The position numbers and the translations under genes are program-made. From Sminthopsis crassicaudata (Eukaryota), in assembly GCF_048593235.1 (NCBI RefSeq), contig NC_133620.1, positions 276,349,765 to 276,413,764 on the forward strand: 64,000 nucleotides of DNA, in the 5' to 3' direction. The notes beneath the pieces are model-generated. The model did not search any database. It was not told the DNA's origin and was given only the letters and a program-made list of their open reading frames with translations. How positions within the stretch are numbered: position 1 is the stretch's first letter; each line of letters begins with the position of its first letter. Positions 1 to 12,769 of this stretch are shown here, piece by piece.

Positions 1-299
1 ATTTTTAATTTAGCTTAAAAAGAAAGAGAGAAAAAGAGAGAACTGAAGAAAGAGGAAGCCAATGGGATGCATCATTTTGGGAAGCTCATCTTCTATACTT
101 TCATAGATCAGCTATTCACACATCATAATTCTCTAACAAGAATTAAATCCTATACTGAGTGTTAATATAACATCCAATCAAGAATTTTCTATTACAGGTT
201 ATAAGGTTAGGAAGTAAAATACCAGTATCTCCATCTCTTAACATGAAATAATTGGACTAATTCATAGTTAAAATCCTTTATAGGCTGTAAAATCAGTCA

Positions 300-1690
300 A
301 CTAGCATTTATTAAGGGCTTATTAGGTCTCCGACATGGTGCTAAATGATAAATATATATCAAGAAAAAACAAAAAACAATTCCAGCTCTCAAGGAGCTCA
401 CAGTCTAATGGGGAAACTATGCAAATAACTTTGTACATACAAGCTATATATAGGATAAACTGGAGATAGTCAACAAAGAAAGAAAGATATCAGAAGGATA
501 GAAGACTGGGAATGGCTTCCTGGAAAAGTATTTTATCTGAGACTTGAAGAAAGGAAACCCTGAAGAAAAAGATAAGGAAGGACAGGCAGTAAAAATGGCC
601 AGAATCAAAGATGAGTGTGAGGCTCAAGAAACAGCAGGAAGGCCCACGTCACTGGCTTGAAAAGTACTTAGGGAAGTGTAAAGTATGAAAAGACTGGTGG
701 GAAGTAATTTGGCACAGGATGGGCAAGGCAAGTTACAAAGAACTGTGAATACTGACCAGAAGATTTTATATTTGATTTTAGGTTTTATTTATAATTGATA
801 GGGGGCCACTGGAGTTGATGAAGTGGGAGAGGGGAGTTGACAGGGTTAGATCTGCATTTGAGGAAGGTCACTCAGGTAGCTGATTAGGAGAATGGACAGG
901 AATGGGGGGAGAGAACAGAAACAAGGAAACCAAACAGCAAGCTATTTCAACAATCCAGGTGAGAAGTAATGAGGATCTGTACCAGGATAACAGGAATGTC
1001 AGAAAAGAAAAGTCTACTAGAAATGACTTGAAGGTAGAAACATCAGACTTTAGGAATAGATTGGATATTGGGAGAGAGTGGTGGCAGGGAGGAGGTAAAA
1101 GAGTAAGAAGTCAAGGACACCTAGGTTGTGATGACTAGGAGGATGTGAAGGGAAGTTCAGGAGAGGAGATTTGTGGGGAGATGAGATGAAGTTTAATTTT
1201 GGGCATGTCTATAGGACATCCAGGTTGAGATGTTTCATAAATAGTTGGGGATAGAAGACTGAAGGTCAACAGAGAGGTTAGGGTTGGATAAGCAAATCTG
1301 AGAATCATCAGCAGAGAAATGATAATTTAATCCATGGGGACAGATGAGATCACCAAGTAAAACCGTATAGAGAAAGAAGAGAAGTGGGACCAGGAGAAAG
1401 TCCTGTGAGACACCCACAGATTTTGGAAATCAAGCCTTAAAAGCCCTTGGAAGAGTTGGGGGGGGGGGGACAAAGGAGACTGAGATGAGTAGGAAGAGAA
1501 CCAAGAAAAAAATAGTGCCATGAAAACCTAGAGAGGAAAGAGTGTCAGGGAGAAGAGGATAATTGATAAAGTCAAAGCCTGCACAGAGGTCAAGAAGGAA
1601 AACAATTGAAAAACGCCATTAAATTTGGCTATTAAGAGATCATTAAGTTACTTGGAGAGAGCAGTTTCAGCTGAAAGATAAGAGCCTGGA
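300..1690 (-). mobile_element. LINE-2 fragment (degenerate ORF2/3' end)
   Basis: ORF 1235-1417(-) GVSQDFLLVPLLFFLY...NYHFSADDSQI resembles the L2 RT motif (GVPQGSVLGPLLF...YADDSQI); L2 3'-end motif at ~305. Confidence 0.8.
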
Positions 1691-2095
1691 GGTGAAGCAG
1701 CCTGGCACATGAGAAATAGGGACCCTTTAAGACCTCTAAAGCTCTCAGACTTTATCACTGTAACTCACAATTGAATAGAGCTCTATAGTCTGTCAAGAAT
1801 TTTTCTTTCTTTTTTTTTTTTTTTCCATTTATTCACTACTTTTTTTATTTAGAATTTTTTTTTCCCACAGTATCTATGCATGAGTAAAAGAATTTTTCTT
1901 ATAATATCCCTGTTTGACTGGCAATATTTCATTATTTATTCCCACTTTTCAGATCACAAAAGTTAAGATCCAGATTAAGCAACTCAGAGGTTAAGCTCAA
2001 TTAGATGGCTAGTCAGTTTCAAAGCCAAGGTCATTAACCCAGGTCATTAACCCCAAATCCCATTGCATTTTCCATAATAATGAAAGGGTAACAAA

Positions 2096-2098
<3 letters not shown>

Positions 2099-2139
<41 letters not shown>

Positions 2140-2154
2140 ACACACACACACACA
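2099..2154. repeat. (CA)n microsatellite, one interruption
   Basis: Seen directly. Confidence 0.97.
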
Positions 2155-3786
2155 AAAAATTTCTTTTAAAGGAACAATGTAATGAAACTAAATTATGACT
2201 CCCAAGTGTCAAATGCCCACTAGCAGTTGCAGGGAGTTCCCTTAACTTTCCTTGGCCAACTTCTCCAGAACCAGCTTCCATCCAATTCACTCTCTAAGTA
2301 CATGTTTACTTTGGCATCGGGGCTGAGCACAACTGAACACCAAGCAACATTGACCCAGCAAACCTGATCCTCACCCATTTCATCACCCACTTCCGAGCTT
2401 TAGCATAGTCTATTTCTTTTTCCCTAAGCTCCCTTAGCTAATAGAAAGCATCTCCTGTACTACTGGCACCCTGACACTCTTCACTGTTTTTCTTTGTATA
2501 TGAAGATCACCACCCAAATTGAGGCTGCCCAAGGAGAAAGACTGTCTCTGTGGCATAAAACTAGAATTACCTGATCATGGCAAGGCGTAGTGTCAAAGCA
2601 GGTAGAGAGCTGTTGTGGAAAACCCAGATTTAAGTCCAAACTCTGAACCATCCTGGCTATGTGACTGTAAGCAGGTCATTTAACTTCTTCTCAGGGCTGT
2701 AAGTTATAAAGATCTGCACTTGTGGAGGGTGTTTTCTACATCAATGAAATCACAGGTCCAGTCCTATGCCTAAGTATGAAGAATGTGTTTCTCCTATCAG
2801 ATTATTTATTCTTTTTCCTCCACTATAGGTACATGTGTGTATATGTCTGTTGAAGCAGTGTGCCTATGTGAATCCCTCTCCCCTACTGGCTAGAGTTCCC
2901 TGACTAGAGTACTCCATCTCCTCTCTCAAAGTGGAAGCTGCTCTAACAGAGTGATGGTCTTCTGTCTCTGTTGCCTTTCTCCCCCAAACTTCAAAATAGG
3001 ATTCTGCACTAAGAGAATTACTAACTCATGACACTGACCAGTGTAGGAGAAGAAGTCTGGATGGAAGCAAGCCAAAGGGACTCAGGAATCATTATCTACT
3101 AAATTGATATTTGAATTTTTCAAGCCTTTGCTCCTCAAATTGAAGATAAGTTTTGCCGAATTAGTCCTGATAATTTCAAAATAACAGATTTACAGATTTT
3201 TAGCATTGGGAAGGACCTTGGAAATTATTTTAATTTAGTAACCTATCAACCCTGGTCAGGATCCCAATTCAATCTCCTGCTTCCCAATCCAGTGAACTTT
3301 CCACTAAAAAATCCAAGTAAACTATTAGGAAGTTCTTCCTAATAGAGAAAGGTTGTAAATGCTGGCCTGAGTGGGGGTAGAATTTTCCTCCCTGGAGATC
3401 TTTTAAAAAAATGAGAGATTTTCATTCGTATGGGCTGGATTAGGCATGGTCTTCCCTGGAGACATAGGGTTGGGAAGATGATCTCTTCTTAGAGTCCTTC
3501 AGTCAGGTTTATGATTCAAGAACTTCTGTTCCACAGTATAATCCAGTAATCATGGTTTTAAAAGGTCTCTTTCCCTTTAACATACACACATCTCTCCATA
3601 CACAATGTCCCCATAGACTCTTCCCTCAAAGATGCTTTGTTGGTATATGAAAAGGCTCAGGATTCAAAAGAAATAATCCCATCCTTTCCCTCCTTTCAAT
3701 GACCCCATACACCCAAGTGCAGGTCACCTACAAAAAGTCTGGGTTCTGGTAGACTCTGAGGCTGTTCAAGTTTAGCCTTAAAAGCC

Positions 3787-4580
3787 CTTTGGGGGCAGTC
3801 CCTGTATCCCAAAAAGATCATAAAAGAGGAAAGGGACCCACATGTGCAAAAATGTTTGTAACAGCTCTTTTTGTAGTGTCAAGAAACTGGAAACTGAGTG
3901 GATGCCCATCAGCTGGAGAATCACTGAATAAAGTATACGAAGATAACAGAATATTGATGAGCAGGCTGATTTTAAAAAAGCCTGGAAAGACTTATATTAA
4001 TGGATACTGAGTAATGTGAGCAGAACCAAGAGAACATTGTACACAGTAACAACTAAGATTATGTGATGATCAACTGTGATAGACTTGGCTCTTCTCAACA
4101 ATGCAGTGATTCAAAAAAATTCCAATAGATTTGTGATGTAAAAAGCCATCTGAATTCACAGAGAAAACTAGAGACTGAATGTGAATCAAAGCATAGTGTT
4201 TTCACTTTTTTTTTTTTTTTTTTTTTTTAAGGTTTGGTTTTCTTCTTATGGTTTTTTCCCCCTTTTGATCTGATTTTTCTTGTATGACATAACAAATTTG
4301 GAAATATGTTTAAAAGGACTGCACATATGTAACATGTCAATTTGCTTGCTGTCTTGGAGAAGGAGAAGAGAGACAAAGAAGGGAGAAAGAAAAATTTAGA
4401 ATAAAAAGTTTTATAAAAATGAATATAGTTTTCAGTACTGAAAACTATCTTTACATGCATTTGGAAAAACAATACTATAGAAAAAATTTTAAAAGAAAAA
4501 AATTATTTCAATACCCATAAAAATGTTGAAAACTATCTTTACATGTATTTAGAAAAATAAAATATTATTGAGGGGAAAAA
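3787..4580 (+). mobile_element. LINE-1 3' fragment (ORF2 C-terminus + 3' UTR)
   Basis: KRGKGPTCAKMFVTALFVVSRNWKLSGCP is the marsupial L1 ORF2 tail; A-rich end. Confidence 0.85.
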
Positions 4581-4809
4581 AGGCTTTTAGAGAAGGTCTG
4601 TCTCAGAGAATAGGGATAGAGCAGAAGGCCAAGGATAGACTAATGTCTGACAAGGAGCCTTTCTCCAGCCATTAGGACAACTCTGTTTTAGCAGAGAAAA
4701 TCCCATCTTCTCCTTCCTCTCCTCTGCCTTTCTTATTGCTCACCTCCTGCCCTCCAAACATCTTCTACCACACTAAGTCTTATTTTAGGGTGAAATTAAC
4801 CTTTTAATT

Positions 4810-6030
4810 GATATGCCAAGTAAAACAGGTTCATGATTCAGACATAAAGGGTGATATTATAATCAAATTAGAACAACAAGAGCTGGTATACCTCTCAGAT
4901 CTGTGGAGAAGGAAGATATTTATGGCCAAAGAAGAACTAGAGAACATTATGAAATGCAAAATAGATAATTTTGGTTATATTGAATTTAAAAAGTATTTTA
5001 CAAACAAAACCAATACAGCCAAGGAGAGTGGAAAACTGGGGGGGAAATTTATAACCAACAGTTCTGATAAAGACTAAAATATATAGAGAAATGACTCAAA
5101 TTTATAAGAATACAAGCTATTCTCCAAATGATAGTCAAGGGTTATGAACAATTTTCAGATGAAGAAATTAAAGCCATTTCTAATAATATGAAAAAATGCT
5201 TAAATCAGTAATGATTAGAGAAATTCAAATTAAGACAACTCTGAGGCACCACTACACACCTCTCAGATTGGCTAAGATGACAGAAAAAGATAATGATGAA
5301 TGTTGGAGGGAATATGGGAAAACTGAGAAACTGATATATTGTTGATAGAACAGTGAACAGATCCAACCACTCTGTAGAGCAGTTTGGAACTATGCTCAAT
5401 GGCCTATCAAACTGTGTATATCCTTTGACCCAGCAGTGTCTCTACTGGGTCTCTTATCAAAAAGATTATAAAAGAGGGAAAGGGACCTGAATGTATAAAA
5501 ATGTTTATAGCAGCCCTTTTTAGAGTGGACTGAATGGATGCCCATCAATTGGACAATGACTGAATAAATGGCTTATTAAGTTATGGCATATGAATGCATA
5601 AAAAATGATCAGCTGGAAGATTTTAGAAAAGCCTGGAAAGACTTACATGAACTGATGCTAAATGAAGTGAGCAGAACCAAGAGAACACTGTGTACAGCAA
5701 CAAGATTCTGTGACCATCAACTATAATAGACTTGGCTCCTTTCAACAATGAGGTAATTCAGGTCAATTCCAATAGAATTGTGATGGAGAGAGAGCCATCT
5801 ACACCCAGAGAGAGAACTGTGGGGACTGAATGTGGATCATAACATAGTTTTTCCACTATTTTTATTATTATTTGCTTGCTTTTTTTTTTCTTATTCTTTC
5901 CCTCCTTTTTGATCTTTTTCTTGTGCAGCATGATAAATGTGGAAATATGTTTAGAAGAACTACACATGTTTGACTACATTGGATTACATGCTGTCTAGGG
6001 GAGAAAAGGAGGGAGCAAAAGAAAAAGTCT
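4810..6030 (+). mobile_element. LINE-1 3' fragment (degenerate ORF2 + 3' UTR)
   Basis: YLSDLWRRKIFMAKEELENIMKCKIDNF and downstream ORF2-like sequence. Confidence 0.85.
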
Positions 6031-6559
6031 CTTACAATGCTTTGAACATCAAACCCAATTTCCAAACATGCTGAATTCCAGGCTTCTAGCTATCTCTTAG
6101 AAGGCTTTTTTTATACCTTAATGTCACCATTGTCAAATAGATTCTAAACTTGGCTTTCTACTCACTCTGTGAATTTGGACATGCCACTCATCTTTTTTAG
6201 GCCTCCATTTCTCTATCTATATAATAAAGTCAAACTTAATTACTTATTTTGACTTTCAACATGAGAACAAAACGGGCAATACAGATATAGTCAATATTCC
6301 ATTATTACCCAAGATTAGAGATTAAAAATAATTTGAGTAATGTAAATCCCTGGATAAACCCAAATCTTCACATTAATCCATCTTCTCTCCTGATCAAACC
6401 AACAAGATAACAGAAGAAATAAGAATTGTTTCCACTTCATCTTTTCCCATCTGCCTCTTTGGAGGGACTAATATACAAAAGGAAAAAAGTACAGGACTTT
6501 GACGATCCATGAATGAGTGCTTCAAACCCAGAGTAAAGAGCTAAACTGCATGCATATGA

Positions 6560-7400
6560 ATATTCTCCACTGAAGTTGGAGACCGATACCCAGCTCTTTC
6601 ATTAAAACACATTCTCCTTCCTCCCAAACTTGCCTCCTTCTGAACTCTCCTGTCAGTCAAGGGTCCCTCTATGCTCCTAATCATCCAGGCTCACCACCTG
6701 GGGTCATCCTCAAATTACCCCTGCACTCATCCAAACATCCAGTCTGCTACCAAGTCTTGGTTCTACCTTCTAGATCCTGTACACATCTCCTTTTCCTTCC
6801 TCATACAACTGCTACCCCAGCACAAGATGCATTCTAGTGGGTCTCCCTATTTTAAGTCTGTCCTCATTCCAATCCATTCTCCTTTCAACAGCCAAAGTGC
6901 AGGTCCAACCATGTCATCCTTCCCTTCCACTTCAGTCAATTCCAGTGGCTCCCTGTTATTTCCAGGAGGATCAATTATAAATCTTCTGCTTGGTTTGTAA
7001 GAGCCCTTCACAATTAGGGACTTTCCACCTTTCCAGTTGTCTTCTTCTTTACTCTCCTACACAAACTCTAAGATCCAGTGACAGCAACCTTCTTAGCATT
7101 CCTCAAACACAACATCCCAAGCTATGTGCTTTTTCACTGCCTGTCCCCCACCTTCTCACATTCTCCTCCTAGCTTTCCAAAGACAAGCTTTTCCCAGTCT
7201 TCTCCCATTCCTCATGACTGTTACCTTCTCTTCTAGGTAACCTTCAGTTTCTAACATAAATATATCCTATATGAACAAGTGCTGCATGTTTTCCTTCCCA
7301 TTAGAATATGAGCTTCCTGAGGACAGGGGCTATGTATTTGCCTTTATATTTCCTGCGCTTAACATAATTTAAGAATCTAATAAATGCCTATTGACTGACA
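6560..7400 (+). mobile_element. LINE-2 3' fragment
   Basis: Pyrimidine-rich L2 body ending in the AATAAATGCCTATTGACTGAC-type tail. Confidence 0.7.
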
Positions 7401-7711
7401 TTTTTCTGAGCATTTCCTTTTCATTCTTCCCACTGCTGTCAAATTCTGCCCTTTATTTCCTCTCCTTGATTGCTATAGTATATTGAACTCTGATCCTTTC
7501 TGCCATTTAGGGACTTCCACTGGATAGTGAGGAAAGGTAGATGGAGACTAGCCTGGGAGAAAATACACTCCTAATGCGCCCTCTTCTCACAATCCAAAGC
7601 TGTGAGGCTCACCCTTCATCTCATCTAAAATCCATGTATTTTTTCCTTTTCCTAACCATTATTCCTATCATTCTCACCTCTAATACTCAAAAGGAAGAAT
7701 GTATGAATTGG

Positions 7712-7847
7712 GAGTTGAGCAGCTAGGTGGTACAGTGGATAGAGACCAGTCTTAGAGTTAGAAAGATCTGAGTTCAAATACAGCGTCAGACACTTGACAC
7801 TTACTAGCTCTGTGACCCTGGATAAGTCACAGCCCTGATTACCTAAT

Positions 7848-7878
<31 letters not shown>
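7712..7878 (+). mobile_element. tRNA-derived CORE-SINE (WSINE1-like) with A30 tail
   Basis: GCAGCTAGGTGGTACAGTGGATAGAG head, GAGTTCAAAT B-box, CTGTGACCCTGGATAAGTCAC core, A run 7849-7878. Confidence 0.8.
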
Positions 7879-7881
<3 letters not shown>

Positions 7882-8154
7882 TATATATAAGCATTAAGAA
7901 ATATGGGCAAACATTACCAAGATTTTTTGTTTTTGTTTTGGCGGGGGGTGGGCGAGTGGTTGGGTAGTCAAACCATCTTAGAGAAGGCAAAGGCAGCTCT
8001 AGGATGAACTTTGCTACAAAAACAAGGGACTTGATCCTTTTCTCTGCCTATACAACTAGCATTCATATAGAGTCCACACTCAAGCTCACACCCTTTTCTG
8101 TGCTCTGAGTTCAGGAAGTAGGACTTATACAAGAAAAGCAACCACATACGTTAC

Positions 8155-8232
8155 CTCCTCGGTACCTTCCCCGCTACCATCTTTCCCTCCGCTGTTGGGC
8201 TTGGCAGTCCCTTTAGCTGATTTAGGAGGCTC
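8155..8232 (-). CDS. PPP2R5D: PPP2R5D exon 2 (78 nt)
   Basis: Acceptor TTTTTTCCAG, donor GTAAC; encodes [26 protein letters not shown]. Confidence 0.95.
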
Positions 8233-11200
8233 CTGGAAAAAAAAGAATCACGGTTAGCAGCCACTGGTGGAACAAGAATGGTTTGGCTGGTTAGAATCTA
8301 ATGGGTTATCTGGGCTATGTAGCAAATAGTCACAAGATCATGCTATTTAGAGCTGGAAGGTGCCTTAGAGATCATCTTTGAGAACATCCTCAGTTTACTG
8401 AGGAGAAAACCAAAGGAAAGGGATTTGCCTGAGGTCACACCGCTAGTAAATAGCAGACAAGGGTTTCAAACCTAGGTCCTCCAATTCCTAATCCAGAGCT
8501 CTTTCCATAATATGAAGCCTCATATTAATTACCAAATATTTATCTCCGTTATATCTAGACACTACGGGAGTTAAGGAAGTGGTAAGAGACACGACTGCCT
8601 CCTTTTAAAGAGCTTATAATCCAGCTAAGACGACAAAACCAGCATCCGTAAATAAGTGAACACATGAATGCTAAAAATTGCATGGTCCTGAGTGTTCTAT
8701 CAGTTCAGAGAAGGGAAAGATCAATCAGTGTGGGCTGGAAGAGCTGGGGAAAGCTTCAAGACGACAAAAGGATGATGAGGGCATTCTGAGGGCAGGGATG
8801 AGCAGGAGCAAAGGCAGAGAGGCAGCAATCAGCTGTACGTGGGCCCCCTCACTTTCCTGCTGCTTGCTGGTCAAGTCAACCACAGTGACCACACTTTGAC
8901 CCAGCTTTGGAGTACAGTGATGGAAAGAAAGTCAAAGAGAGCTAGAGTTTGGAGGGGTCCTTGCACACACTCCCCTACAATGCTGCCACCAAACCAGGAG
9001 GAACCAGCTGAAGTGGAAGTCACACCCAGGGGCCCAGTGAAGTAAGAGATTCAGCCAATTTAGAACATGAGCAATGGGGAGGGCTGGGTTCCCCCCAAGA
9101 GATGTTTTCCCAGGCCAGGAAGATTTTATAAAGATTTTTCACCCCCTTCTGAATCTCATTAAGGGAGATCTACCTCAGAGTTAGGGGAATCAAGTGAAAA
9201 AGAAAACTCAAATTCTAAATCAAAATCCAAAATGGGATATATTATATCTAAATCTAATCACTCAAATCCCTATAGCATCACCTTCCATTCTTGCACTTAG
9301 GCCCGTGGTTTTATTGTTCTTTTATTTTCTCTGCTTCAGTTGCCTGGACCTTATATATTATATCCTTCCTTCCCCGACAGACTAGGGGACTACTTAAGGG
9401 TAGGTACTGTCTCCTCCTTCCAATTAGGAGCTACTGACCGAAACCTCCTATTGGTGAGCCCAGTATAGAGATCACTCAAATGGTGCAGTATAGATTATCT
9501 TAGCAATGTCAGTTCCCCAAGGGCAAAGTCTAGGTCAGGCATATATCTTATACAGCCCAGAGGCTAGCAGAGAGTCAGAAATATTAAACCACCACCAAAA
9601 CCCCCATGCTCTTCTGTCTTTACACCAAGAGTCTGAGAGGTTGTGCTAAAAACCTAGAATAAACTACTTGGTGAACAACAGGTAAAGATCAAGAGATTAA
9701 AATTCAAAAGGACAGACTCAGCTGCTCCCAGACTCAGCTAGAAGGAAAGCAAAGACAAATGGAATGGAGAGTTAGTATTCTAGCATAACACATGGAACTC
9801 TGTACCCCAAAGTAACCCCACTTTTGGATCAGAGTTTCAACATGCACAGGAAAAAATAACAAAGGGAATTAGAACAGAGGAAGAAAGATCTGCCTATATA
9901 AGTATTGAAAAAGTAAAGAATATGAGGAAATAGGTAACAGAATGATAAAAGCTTCCCTAACCACAAAGTAGAATCAGGCACTTCCTACTTTTAGGCAAAA
10001 GACATGAGTACTTTAATGAATTTCTTATTATATTGTTGGTATCTGAGAGGAGGGAGGAAGGAACTTTTGATAGATAAATTTTATTTGGCCAGTGGGATGA
10101 GATCTCAGATTCTCCAGGGTTAAGGTCAAGACAGTGCTCCCCAAAATTGAAGGAGAGAAAAAGAATATGAGGGAGCAGGGCAATAAACAGGTGGAGAACT
10201 GTTCTGGGTTCAAAAGGAGAAGAGGGAAATTAGGTCAATTTGGGCTGGAGAGTAAGGGCTAGACTAGGTGACGAAGATAAAGGGACTGGCTCAAGTTAGA
10301 AGGAAGAAGTGATTTCTGACTCTGGGTGAACATTCTGGAACAGGGCTGACTTGATTAAAGGGAAGGGACTGTCCTAGGTTGCATATGTATAAATAGGGGG
10401 TGACCCCAAGTTAAAAGGAATGGGATGGTGTGAGGATAAAAAAGAGGGATACCTTCAGATGAGAAGGAAGGGAACGCCCTACTGAGTGAGAGGCAGAGAG
10501 AAGGGAACGCCCTACTGTGTGTGAGGTGGAGAGAAGGAAGGGAACGCCCTACTGTGTGTGAGGCGGAGAAAGGAGTCACCCAAAGAGTGTGCTGTCCCTG
10601 AGTGAGAGGGAAGTCACCCTTCTGAGGAGAAGAGAGAGGGGGACCAGAAATAAAGAAGGAGGTGGCCTGAAGACAGAGGGAAGGGGCTGTCCTGCCCGTT
10701 GCAAGGGGGTCTCCCCTAGGAGAAGGTGATCGTGGGACAGAGAAGTGGAAGAGGCTGGGTTGAGCTATATGCTTGGAAGGAGGAATAGCCTCAAAATAGG
10801 GGAAAGGTTACGTGTATTTCGAGGGAACAGTGCAGGGAAGCTGTCCCACAGTAGGCATGTTTTGGGGGAGACAGGGAGGCCGGGAAGGACCCATCCTGGG
10901 GTGCACAGGAGAGGAGCTGTGGGGTGCTTTGGGGAGGGGCTATGGGGCCTTGTATTTGGGGGGTATATAGGAGAGAGGGGTGTGGGCTGCCTCTGTGTGT
11001 GTGCGTGTGCGCGCGCGGTGTGCTGGGGGTGAGGTGGCGCAGAAGAACGGGGAGAGGCTGAGGAAGCATGCAGGGCCCGGCCCGGGCTCAGGGTGCAGAG
11101 CGCGCGGGGGTTCTCGCGGCGCGGCCCGGGAGGGTCGGTCCGGGGCTGTCCCGGGGCCTGGCTCGGGCCCCTCCCTATTTCCCCGCGCAGGCCCTAGGGC

Positions 11201-11255
11201 GGGGGCCGGGAAAGCCGGGCCCGCTCACCTTCTCCTTCTTCAGTTTATAGGGCAT
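8155..11255 (-). CDS. PPP2R5D: PP2A regulatory subunit B56-delta, 5'-partial gene: join(11255..11229, 8232..8155); remaining exons lie outside the window
   Basis: Spliced translation [35 protein letters not shown] matches the recalled human N-terminus ([35 protein letters not shown]). It is head-to-head with PEX6, as in human. Confidence 0.96.
10461..10567. repeat. Minisatellite, 3 copies of a 33-37 bp unit (core AAGGGAACGCCCTACTG)
   Basis: Units start at 10461, 10498 and 10531. Confidence 0.9.
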
Positions 11256-11830
11256 CTCGGCCTGGCCTGACTCGGCCCGGCCCCCGGGGTCTCGCTCCGG
11301 CTGCGCTCTGCTGCGATGGGCCCGCTCCGGCCTCTTGCCACCGCCGCTGCTGCCGCCGCCGCTGCCACCGCCGCCGCTGCCTGCGCTTTGAGCCCCGGCC
11401 GAGCCGTGCCCGCGCCTGCCATTGGCCCCAGCTCCCCCAAACCTGCCTAACAACCGTATTTCCCCTGCCGTGATTGGCCTTTGCAGCCAAAGGGGCTCTT
11501 TTTTTTCCTTATTGGAAGGGAAGAGTACAAACCGCCAGAGTTCGTTCCTAGGATTGGTTGAAGCGGGAGTCCCGCCCCCTAAGGGGGTGGATCTTGGAAT
11601 GGGAGGCGGGGGTAAGAAGGAAATCAAAGCTGGGCTCTGCGCGGGCTACTCTGAGTTGGGCTCCTGCGGCCAGGGAGCCCCGGTTTCCCAGCCTGGGTCG
11701 CTTACCTCCCTTCTACTCTCCGTTGTCCGCGGGGACCCCATTTCTCCTTTCCTGCACGTAGCGCAAAATCGGAAGACTTGGATGAGTCCCAGGCGTGACC
11801 CATTCTGTGTGCGGGCACATTGTGACTTTG
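10990..11830 (-). promoter_or_regulatory. PPP2R5D CpG island/promoter with four CCAAT boxes (11421, 11473, 11511, 11553) and a GC box (~11572)
   Basis: GC- and CpG-rich sequence; ATTGG motifs spaced 38-52 bp apart; CCCGCCCC motif. Confidence 0.8.
11229..11255 (-). CDS. PPP2R5D: PPP2R5D exon 1 coding part (27 nt)
   Basis: ATG at 11255 encodes MPYKLKKEK, followed by a GTGAG donor at 11228; lies in a CpG island. Confidence 0.96.
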
Positions 11831-11989
11831 GACAAGTCATTTCCCTCCCTCAGCCATGGTTGCTTCCACAAAATGGGAAAAATAAAACTTGTAAAGCCTG
11901 CATCAATCATCGATAATCTACCCCGATTTGCGACTTAAGTGTGACTCCCAATCCTCTCAGTGCCCCTCCCCCAAAGCCAGCCCTTGCCA

Positions 11990-12625
11990 AGTTCTGTCCG
12001 TCCTGCTTTGGAAAGAGTTCTCTCACCAGCTGCCCTCTCTGCTCCCACTTCCTGCCTGAACTCTTGCAATATTCCTTTGTTCTCCATGATCCAGTTCATT
12101 TTTCACTGAGATGTCAAGTTGATCTTCCTAAAAATGGCATAGGTCCAGCCATCTTCCCCAACAGATTCCTGCAGATCCCCAATGCCTCCAGGATCAAACG
12201 TCCTCTCTCTGGCTTTCAGTGCCCTTCATAAACCTGGCCTTTTCTGCCTTTTGGGTCTGGTTACACTCCCCTCCCCATGCTCAGTGATAGGGTGATTCAG
12301 GTCTCCTTGTTGGTCACTGCAGACATCCCCTCTCCTCTCCATGGGGCCTTGTGACTGGCTGTCTCCCACACCTGGAATTCTCTGGAATTCTCATTTCCTG
12401 GCTTCCTTCAAGTTTCAACCCCACCTTCTGCGTGAATCCCCCTAAATGTTAGTGCCCTCCCTACTGGATTATCTCCAATTTGGTTTGTATATATATTGTT
12501 CTTACATAAGAGTTTGCATACTGTGTCCATTTGATTGTGAGCTCCTAGAGAATAAGGGCCATTTTTAAAAACTTTTCTTTGTGTCCCAATCACTTAGCAT
12601 GGGGCCTAGAACATAGTAGGAGTTT
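11990..12625 (+). mobile_element. LINE-2 3' fragment
   Basis: L2-type body and tail (TTTAAATGCTTGTTGACT). Confidence 0.65.
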
Positions 12626-12769
12626 TTAAATGCTTGTTGACTCCAGTGAAAATGGATGGAGTCAGAAGATGAAAGTGCCATCTGTGAGAAACAGCAAAGA
12701 GGCCAGTCAATAAGTGATTATTGACTGGACCATCTCATAGGGTATTGTGAGAATCACATGAAATAATTT

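Noticed and set aside
1235-1417. Reverse-transcriptase-like ORF
   Set aside because: Decayed L2 remnant (YADD changed to SADD, fragmented); not a functional gene.
10461-10567. CRISPR-like repeat-spacer appearance of the minisatellite
   Set aside because: The 'spacers' are near-identical, the context is a eukaryotic intron and there are no cas genes.
11175-11916. Several 60-164 aa ORFs around the PPP2R5D first exon
   Set aside because: CpG-island artefacts; only the 27-nt MPYKLKKEK segment has homology and a splice donor.
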